DNA of 64,000 nt from an uncultured Verrucomicrobiota bacterium (lineage in GTDB: Bacteria; Verrucomicrobiota; Verrucomicrobiia; Palsa-1439): contig CAZHLM010000002.1 of the NCBI GenBank assembly GCA_964533295.1, positions 30,497 through 94,496 on the forward strand, read 5' to 3'. This document shows, one piece after another, positions 56,671-64,000 of this stretch. Every line of letters begins with the position of its first letter. Position 1 is the stretch's first letter. A model generated the notes under the pieces. That model was not told the origin of the DNA, did not search any database, and saw only the letters and a program-made list of their open reading frames with translations. Position numbers and translations under genes: made by a program.

Positions 56671-58013
56671 ATCAAAAACCAAATCTGATTTTCGTGTTGG
56701 CCGACCAATGGCGGGCGCAGGCGTTTGGGTATGCCGGTGACCCGAACGTCCAGACGCCGAACATGGACCGGTTCGCGGCGGCGAGCGTGAATTTTGCCAA
56801 CGCCGTGTCGGGCACGCCGGTCTGCACGCCGTACCGGGGAACGTTGATGACGGGAGTGTATCCCCACCGGCACAAGTTGATGGTCAACGACCAGTGTTTG
56901 TATGACCGCTATCCCGGTCCGTTTCTCGGCGAGTGCCTGCGCGACGGCGGTTACCGGACCGCGTACATCGGCAAGTGGCACATTGACGGCCACGGGCGCA
57001 GCGCGTTCGTTCCGCCAGAGCGCCGATTGGGTTTTGCGTGGTGGAAAGGTTACGAATGCTGTCACGATTACCGCAATTCGCCGTACTACTTCGGCGACGA
57101 CCCGCAGCCGCGCCGCTGGCCGGGCTACGACGCCGATGCGCAGACCGACGAGGCATGCCGGTATCTCCGCGAGGAAGTGGACGAGAATCCGTTCGCGCTG
57201 GTGTTGTCGTGGGGGCCGCCGCACAACCCGTTCGGAACGGCACCGGAGCCATTCGAGAAGATGTACGACCCGGCCGCGATCCAGTTGCCGGCGAACGTGC
57301 CGGCTGCGGTGGCCGACCGGGCGCGCAAGGAACTCGCCGGGTACTACGCGCATTGTTCGGCGTTGGATGCGTGTTTTGGCCGGTTGCTCGCCACGCTGGC
57401 CGCGACGGGCCTGGACAAGAACACGATTGTGATCTTCGCGTCGGACCACGGCGACATGCTCGGCAGTCAGGGCATGTTTCGGAAACAGAGGCCGTGGGCG
57501 GAGTCGGTGCGCGTGCCGTTTCTGGTCCGGCATCCGCAGGTGAAACACCCGCGCGTGGATGACACGCCGATTGACGCGCCGGACTTGATGCCGACGTTTC
57601 TCCGTTTGTGCGGACTGCCGGTACCGACCGCTGTGCAAGGCCGGGATTTCAGCGCGACGATTGTGGAGGGCAAACCGTCCGGCATCGAGAGCGCGTTGCT
57701 GGCGTTGTACACGCCGTTCCACGAATGGCGGCGGGAGGATGGCGGGCGGGAGTATCGTGGCTTACACACGGCGCAGTTTACGTATGTGCGGTCGTTGGAC
57801 GGGCCGTGGTTGCTGTACGACAACGTGGCGGACCCGGCGCAGTTGCACAACCTCGTGCCCGATCCGCAGCATGCCGCGCTGGTCCGGGAATTGGACGCGG
57901 CGTTGACGAAGCGGCTGGGGGAAATCGGCGACGAGTTTTTGCCGGGGCCGGAGATCGTCAAACGGGAAGGGTATGCCCTCAACGCGAAGGGGGACATCGC
58001 GTACACGTTGTAA
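56667..58013 (+). CDS. Sulfatase-family protein with variant active-site CTPYR, leaderless; GTG start
   Basis: VNQKPNLIFVLADQWRAQ...CTPYRGTLMTGVYPHRH. GTGA overlap with the EamA stop. Confidence 0.7.
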   Translation: MNQKPNLIFVLADQWRAQAFGYAGDPNVQTPNMDRFAAASVNFANAVSGTPVCTPYRGTLMTGVYPHRHKLMVNDQCLYDRYPGPFLGECLRDGGYRTAYIGKWHIDGHGRSAFVPPERRLGFAWWKGYECCHDYRNSPYYFGDDPQPRRWPGYDADAQTDEACRYLREEVDENPFALVLSWGPPHNPFGTAPEPFEKMYDPAAIQLPANVPAAVADRARKELAGYYAHCSALDACFGRLLATLAATGLDKNTIVIFASDHGDMLGSQGMFRKQRPWAESVRVPFLVRHPQVKHPRVDDTPIDAPDLMPTFLRLCGLPVPTAVQGRDFSATIVEGKPSGIESALLALYTPFHEWRREDGGREYRGLHTAQFTYVRSLDGPWLLYDNVADPAQLHNLVPDPQHAALVRELDAALTKRLGEIGDEFLPGPEIVKREGYALNAKGDIAYTL

Positions 58014-58116
58014 CCGCGGCGAACCCTCTTTCCTCTGTCGCAAATCACTGTAGCACTTGGCGCAACCGTGCCGTAGCGGTCTATGTGGCTTCTCCGGTAT
58101 GTTGGCCGCACAGATT

Positions 58117-61100
58117 ATGAAGCGGACCGGGTTTCTTTTACTGGCGGGTGTGTTTCTCAGTCATGCCATTTTCGGGGCGGAGCCGGTCGTCAAATCCGTC
58201 GTCTGGTCGCCGCATGGCGCGGAGCGCGGGTGCCGGGTCAACTTGGGGCCGACCGGGGCACAGGCGTGGATGCGCGGCTGCCAGTTTGAAATCATGACGG
58301 TGGAGTCCGGGTCGCCGTCAGACGGAATTCTTCAGCCGGGCGACCGGGTGCTGGGGGTGGGGGACACGCGGTTTTCGGAGGAGGGCGATTCGCGGATGTT
58401 GTTGGGCCATGCGATCGGCGCCGCGGAAGCGGCGGACGGCGCGCTCGCGTTGACGATTCGCCGCGAGGGACGCGAGCAGCGTGTGACCGTGCGCGTGCCG
58501 GTGATCGGCGCTTTTGCGGCCAGTTGGCCGTTCAACTGCGCCAAGTCGCAGCGAATTTTGGACGCGGCTTGCGCGTATCTGTTGGACGCCCAGTTGCCCT
58601 CGGGGAAAGTGGTGACCGATGGCGGACACGGCACGTACACCGCCGGGCTGTTGTTGTTGGCGTCGGGTGACGCGCGCTACTTCGACGGTGCGCGGCGGGC
58701 CGCGTACGAGGTCGCCGATACGGACTTGGAGACGATTGACTACAGCAACTGGGCGTTGGGCTACGGCGGGTTGTTGTTGGCGGAGTATTACCTGGCGACG
58801 GGCGACACGAACGTGCTGGCGCGGTTGCAGAGTGTCGTGGATCATCTGGCGCGCGGCCAAATGCGGTGCGGGTCGTGGGGGCACAACAATCCGTCGGGCG
58901 GCTACGGCGCGCTCAACCAATCCGGCATGGTGTGCGCGCTCACGATGGCGTTGGCGCAGGAGTGCGGGCTGCGCGTGGATCGCGTGGCGTTTGACCGGGC
59001 GGTGTCGTTTTACAGCCGGTACGCCGAGTTGGGCGCGGTGCCGTATGGCGATCATCCGCCGGGGGTGAGTCTGCCGGACGACAATGGCAAAAACTCCCTG
59101 GCCGCGGTGCTGTGCTGGTTGTTGCCGCAGCGGCGCGCGGCGGCGGCCGTGTTTGCGCAGTCGGTTGCGATAAGTTATTGGCTGCGGGAAGAAGGTCACA
59201 CGGGCGGGTATTTCTCGATGATGTGGGGAGCACCGGCGTGCGCGTTGGCGGGGCCGGAGGCGTTGCGGACGTTTTTGGATTATCAGACGTGGTACTACAA
59301 TCTTTGCCGGACCTGGCGCGGGGCGTTGGTGATGTTGCCGTATCACGAGGCGCTGACCCGATTTGATGATTCCGGTTACATCTGGTTCGGCGGCGACTTC
59401 ACGACCGGTGGGATGGCCCTGATGTTTGCATTGCCGCAACGGCAACTGCGCGTGCTCGGCGCGCCGCGCAGCGTGTTCGGGGCGGACCTGACCGGACCGC
59501 TGTTGGACGCCCGGCAAGCGTATCAAGCGCGACGGTGGAATGATTTTGATTCGGCCATCGCCGCCGCCGGCAAGGTTGTGTCGAGCGCGGAGGAAAAATA
59601 CTGGTTGTCCCAACTCACGGCCGTGGCGGCGCGGGTGCGCGCCTCGACACAACGCACGCGGCAGCAAATCGAGGCCAATCTGGCGGAAGGCGACGCCTAC
59701 CGGGCCGCGGAACAATACCGGGCGCTGAAGCGGTTTCTCGGCGATGCGGATGAGGTCATCGTGGCGTTGGAGAAACGGTTCGCCGACGGGACGGTGCAGT
59801 GGCACAGCCGGACGGGCAAAAAGTATTATCAGGCGTGGGAGGACTTGCGCGGGGTCGGTGTGATGTCGTGGTTGCCGTACGGCGAGCAGGCCAAAGAGCG
59901 GCTGGCCGCCGTGCCGGGTCTGCAACTGAAGCTTTGGGAAACATTGGCGCCGACGAATTCGGCCGCGGGCGGACAACTTGAGTTTGCGTTGGTGACGACG
60001 AACTATTCGGCGTTGCGGCTGCAGTTGCGCAGTCCGCGGGATGCGCACAGCCGGGTGTTTCTGAATGGGACGCAAGTCGCCGAGGCGACGCGCGGTCAGC
60101 GGTCTGGATATGCGAAGATCGAACTCGACGCGACCGCACGGCGGTTGTTGCGGCCGGGCACAAACGTGCTGGCCATCACCAGCACGTCCACGGGCACCGG
60201 CAACAACGCGCTCGATGTGGGATTGGAGGGAGTGCCCGTTGAATTGTTGCCGGCCGCCACGCCGGCATGGACGGGGCCGGTGTTGACCGAGTTGCCGGCC
60301 AGTGTGCGGGTGGTGTTCGATCGGGCGCGGATGACGTTTGCCGCGACGCGATTGGAATTTCCGGAGAATCCGGCAATCCCAGAGCGGATGCGGGTGCGGG
60401 ACAGTGCCGATCGGTTTAAGAAAACATTGGAGACCGGTTTTGATGCGCTGGCTGAGAATGAATGTATGGAGTGGCTGCGGTCGCCGTTGTCGTATGCGCG
60501 GTTTCTGGCGAGCCGGTCGTTGGCGCGACGCGGCGCAGCCGGTCGGCAGGCGGCGGTGGCCGGGCTGACGGATTCGGATTGGCGCGTGCGCAGCGCGAGC
60601 TGTGATGTGTTGGCGGCTTTGCCCAAGGACAGCTTGCCGGTTGACGATGCGGTGCTCTCGCGGTTGGCGGAACTGGTGGCGGATGAGAACGCGTGGGTTC
60701 GGTTCCGCGCGGCGACCGCGTTGGGCGCAGTGGGACGGCCCGATGCGAAGGCGGCGACGGCATTGGTGAAGGCGGCGCAGGATGAGACGCAGTGGGTGCG
60801 AATCGCGGCGTTGGGCGCGCTGAACCAGGTGGCGAGCGAGCCGCGGGTGATCGTGGCGGCGCTGACGGCGGCGCTGCGCGTGCCGAGCACGTCGTTTGGT
60901 GTTCTGGGCCGGGCGGTGGGGCTGATCGAGAAACTGGACGGAAACGACGCGGAGCTGGTGTCGGCCCTGGCGTTTGCGGTGGAACATCCCGGCGAGGGGA
61001 TGGGAGCGGACAGTGTGAACAAAGCCATGGAGCAGCTCGTGCGATTGGATCCCGACGGGCAGCGGGCGGTGCCGGTATTGGCGCGGGTGGCGGCCGGTGG

Positions 61101-61296
61101 GGACGAGTATGACCGGCTGCGGGGCAACCCGCGGCTGCGGGCGGTTGAAATGCTGGGCAAGCTGGGCGCGCGGGCGGCGGCGGCGAAGCCGGTCTTGGAA
61201 ACGATCGTGGGTGGCACCATCGAGAAAGAGGAGCCGCTGCGCGCGGCGGCGCGGACGGCGTTGGCGCAGATGACGGGCGGGGCGGGAGCAGAGTGA
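58117..61296 (+). CDS. Giant secreted PDZ-(alpha/alpha)6-HEAT-repeat protein, paralog D (~1060 aa) with internal GH2-N-like beta-sandwich
   Basis: Signal MKRTGFLLLAGVFLSHAIFGA (alternative upstream starts 58057/58099). VTVRVPVIGAFAASWPFNCAKS, WALGYGGLLLAEYYLATGD, WYYNLCRTWRGAL. HEAT blocks DSDWRVRSASCDVLAAL, ENAWVRFRAATALGAVG, ETQWVRIAALGALNQV. Confidence 0.6.
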   Translation: MKRTGFLLLAGVFLSHAIFGAEPVVKSVVWSPHGAERGCRVNLGPTGAQAWMRGCQFEIMTVESGSPSDGILQPGDRVLGVGDTRFSEEGDSRMLLGHAIGAAEAADGALALTIRREGREQRVTVRVPVIGAFAASWPFNCAKSQRILDAACAYLLDAQLPSGKVVTDGGHGTYTAGLLLLASGDARYFDGARRAAYEVADTDLETIDYSNWALGYGGLLLAEYYLATGDTNVLARLQSVVDHLARGQMRCGSWGHNNPSGGYGALNQSGMVCALTMALAQECGLRVDRVAFDRAVSFYSRYAELGAVPYGDHPPGVSLPDDNGKNSLAAVLCWLLPQRRAAAAVFAQSVAISYWLREEGHTGGYFSMMWGAPACALAGPEALRTFLDYQTWYYNLCRTWRGALVMLPYHEALTRFDDSGYIWFGGDFTTGGMALMFALPQRQLRVLGAPRSVFGADLTGPLLDARQAYQARRWNDFDSAIAAAGKVVSSAEEKYWLSQLTAVAARVRASTQRTRQQIEANLAEGDAYRAAEQYRALKRFLGDADEVIVALEKRFADGTVQWHSRTGKKYYQAWEDLRGVGVMSWLPYGEQAKERLAAVPGLQLKLWETLAPTNSAAGGQLEFALVTTNYSALRLQLRSPRDAHSRVFLNGTQVAEATRGQRSGYAKIELDATARRLLRPGTNVLAITSTSTGTGNNALDVGLEGVPVELLPAATPAWTGPVLTELPASVRVVFDRARMTFAATRLEFPENPAIPERMRVRDSADRFKKTLETGFDALAENECMEWLRSPLSYARFLASRSLARRGAAGRQAAVAGLTDSDWRVRSASCDVLAALPKDSLPVDDAVLSRLAELVADENAWVRFRAATALGAVGRPDAKAATALVKAAQDETQWVRIAALGALNQVASEPRVIVAALTAALRVPSTSFGVLGRAVGLIEKLDGNDAELVSALAFAVEHPGEGMGADSVNKAMEQLVRLDPDGQRAVPVLARVAAGGDEYDRLRGNPRLRAVEMLGKLGARAAAAKPVLETIVGGTIEKEEPLRAAARTALAQMTGGAGAE

Positions 61297-64000
61297 TGAG
61301 CATCGGACGAATGATTTCCTTTCGATTTCTCGCGGCGTGGGTGGTGGGGAGCCTTGTGACTTCGGCGCTGGCAGCGACGATGTCGGCCAGCCCGAATGCG
61401 CCGGCAATTACCGGGTACGACATCGCCAATTACGGGACGGTGACCGGCAACGAAAAATGGTGGGCGGAAAACTCGGCGGCGGGCGCGGTGAAGGGACAGA
61501 CGTTCACGACCGGCAACGCGCCGGCGTTGCTGAAGGCGGTGACGTATCAGGTCACGGCCAGTCAAAAAGCGGAGCCGACGAAGGTGTACCGGATCCGGGT
61601 CGGGACGGTGACGGGAGCGAATTTCACGGAGATCGCGCGCGAGGAGGCGACCCAGACGTTCACGTGGAACGGCGGGGAGTATATGACGTGGCGGTTCGCG
61701 ACGAATGTGTTGTTGGCGGCCAACACGACGTATGGGGTGGATGTGGGGATGCTCAGTTCGACGTCTTCCTGGACGACCGGGATTCCGTATCTGAATGTCA
61801 CCGGCAATCTGTATCCGGGCGGGGTGCGCTACAGTTCGGGCACCTACGGAATCGGCGACTCCAACCTGACGCTGGTCGCTTCGAGTGATCGGATTTTCCA
61901 TCTCGACATGGAACATCCGTTGCGGCCGTCGCCGGAGGTCGGGGCGTCGGTCCCGGCCGGCGACGTGACGCTGAGTTGGACGAATTACCCGCCGACGACC
62001 GGCACGGATGTGTGGGTGGATGTCTGGTTCGGCACGGATTCGAATGCGTTGACCCAGGTCGTCAGCGCCGGGCTGAACGTGACGAACGTGACGGTCAGCG
62101 TCCCGGTGGGCGGGACGTATTATTGGCGGGTGGACTCGTATCTGGATGGCGCGCCGGGCGGGGCGCCGTTGCTTGGCGCGCTTTTCTATTTTGTCATCGT
62201 TGACAGCGATGGCGATGGGATGCCGGACGCCTACGAGTTGGCGAATACCACGCCGCCGTCGGCCACCGCGCTGACGCCCGACGGCGACGATGACGCGGAC
62301 GGGCTGACGAACTTGCAGGAATATCAACTCGGCACCCGCGCCAATCTCGCCGACACTGATGGCGACGGATTGAGCGACGGGAACGAGGTCAGTTTTTACA
62401 ATACCAGTCCGATCAAGGTGGACACGGACAACGATGGGCTGCGCGACACGGATGAGATTTTCGTCTATCACACCAACCCGCTGCTGCCGGATACAGAGGG
62501 CGACGGGCTGGGCGACGGGGACGAGATCACACTTCACCAAACCGATCCGTTGCTGGCCGACACGGACGATGACGGAGCGGGGGATTGGTATGAAGTGACC
62601 GCCAGCTACACCAGCCCGATCCATGCGTTGTCGAGACCGCCTGTGCCGTATCCGCTGCCGAAGCCGGACGGTTCGCCGGGCACGACGAACAAGCCGGTCA
62701 AAGTCTTTATCCTGTCCGGTCAGTCCAACATGGTCGGCATGGGCAACGTGACCGGTTCGGATGGCGCGGGCGCCCCATTACCGGGCACGCTGCACACGAT
62801 CGCCAAAGTGGAGGGCAAGTTCCCGCATTTGCTGGACACGAACGGCAACTGGTCGGTGCGTCAGGATGTGTTTTACCGGGGCGTGATCACGGCGATCGGC
62901 AATACGAACTTGATGGTCGGGCAGGGCGCCGACTCCGGCAAGATCGGACCCGAACTCGGTTTTGGTCACGTGATGGGTTGGTACTACGATGAGCCGGTGC
63001 TGGTCATCAAAACGTCGCAGGGCAACCGGGGTTTGTTCTGGGACATCCTGCCGCCGGGCAGTCCGGCGTTCACTAACGCCGGGACGATCTATGCCGGCTA
63101 CGGGCAATCGCCGAACAGTTGGCCGACCAACGGCGCGCCGTCGCCCTACGGCTGGTATGCCGGCAAGCAGTACGACGATTTCTTCCTCGCCGAGAATGAC
63201 ATGGGACCGACCATCGGCTGGACCAACGGCGTGGTCTATCCCTCGGGTTGTCAGCTCCGACACAACGGGGTGACGTACATCAGCCGCACCAACCACACTG
63301 CCAGCGCGGTCACGGAGCCGGGCACGGGCGGAACTTCCACCAACTTCTGGAACATCTACTCGGTGTTCAATGTGACCGACGTTCTCGACAACTTCGCCAC
63401 GCACTACCCGCAATGGGCCGCGCAAGGTTTCGAGATTGCCGGCTTCGCGTGGTTTCAGGGGCACTGGGACAGCCAGAGCGCCCTGTACGCCAGCCGCTAC
63501 GAAACCAATCTCGTCAACCTGATCAAGACCGTCCGCCAATACTACGAGGGTCGCTACCCGGGCCGAATCCAGCCCAACGCGCCGTTTGTGATTGCGACGA
63601 TCGGGTTTGACGGCGCGGCGATGTCGGGCAATTACCTGACCGTTTGGAACGCGCAACTGGCCGTCACCAACACCGTGAAATACCCGGAGTTTGCCGGCAA
63701 TGTGAAGTCGAAGGACACGCGCGGGTATTGGCGGAGCAGCGCGGTGTCGCCGACCGCGACCGGGTATCACTACAATCACAACGCCGAGACGTTCATGCTG
63801 GTCGGCGACGCGCTCGGGCGGGGCATGATCGAGTTGCTCAACGGCGGTCCTGCCGGCGATTACGACACCTGGGCGGCGCAGTTTCCGGGCGCCGATCTGA
63901 CGGATCCCGAGGCCGACTACGATGGCGACGGAATGACCAACAACGCCGAGCGGCTGTTCGGTCTCGATCCCACCCGCAGCGCATCACATCAGCCGGTGAC
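61297..64000 (+). CDS. Partial (runs off window) secreted multi-domain protein: N-terminal beta-sandwich, thrombospondin type-3 Ca-binding repeats, then SASA/DUF303 esterase with beta-sandwich insert
   Basis: ATGA overlap with paralog D stop. Signal MSIGRMISFRFLAAWVVGSLVTSALAA. TSP3 repeats DSDGDGMPDAYE / DTDGDGLSDGNE / DTDNDGLRDTDE / DTEGDGLGDGDE / DTDDDGAGD. SASA block I VKVFILSGQSNMVGMG and block II GFAWFQGHWDS. C-terminal DYDGDGMTNNAERLFGLDP. Confidence 0.7.

Noticed and set aside
58318-62624. Two overlapping minus-strand ORFs of 1029 aa (58318..61407) and 842 aa (60096..62624)
   Set aside because: Antisense to paralog D and the TSP3-SASA gene. Extreme Arg/Pro/Gln content, no recognisable motifs; GC-skew artefacts.

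Overview
High-GC (~63-65%) bacterial window packed almost end to end with carbohydrate-active genes. All assignments come from motifs read directly in the six-frame translations; no database search was run.

The content is consistent with a Verrucomicrobiota/Planctomycetota-type polysaccharide-utilisation island aimed at a sulfated, fucosylated, O-acetylated glycan (fucoidan-like):
- seven Cys-type sulfatases (CxPxR motif), five of them leaderless and arranged in a translationally coupled run;
- three GH29 alpha-L-fucosidase modules;
- one GH95 and one GH95-like gene;
- two right-handed beta-helix proteins;
- a GH10 xylanase, a GH63-like glycosidase, two tandem GH5-like genes and a heparinase II/III-like lyase;
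- six SASA-type (GQSNM) or SGNH (GDSxT) carbohydrate esterases;
- a PEP-CTERM protein, an EamA transporter, a Zn-alcohol dehydrogenase, a ThuA-like protein and an M28 peptidase.

Findings worth a second look:
- A four-member paralogous family of very large secreted proteins (810-1170 aa) with a PDZ-like domain, a prenyltransferase/terpene-cyclase-like (alpha/alpha)6 region and HEAT repeats. Each sits beside a SASA esterase gene. This is the best candidate for an undescribed system.
- A ~100-bp intergenic element bounded by perfect 10-bp terminal inverted repeats, with two internal hairpins, present in five copies.
- A segmental tandem duplication that left a 68-bp relic of the GH63 3' end between the two GH5 paralogs.
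- A tri-modular beta-helix + CBM + GH29 fucosidase.

No rRNA, tRNA or CRISPR was found. The many long antisense ORFs are GC-skew artefacts.
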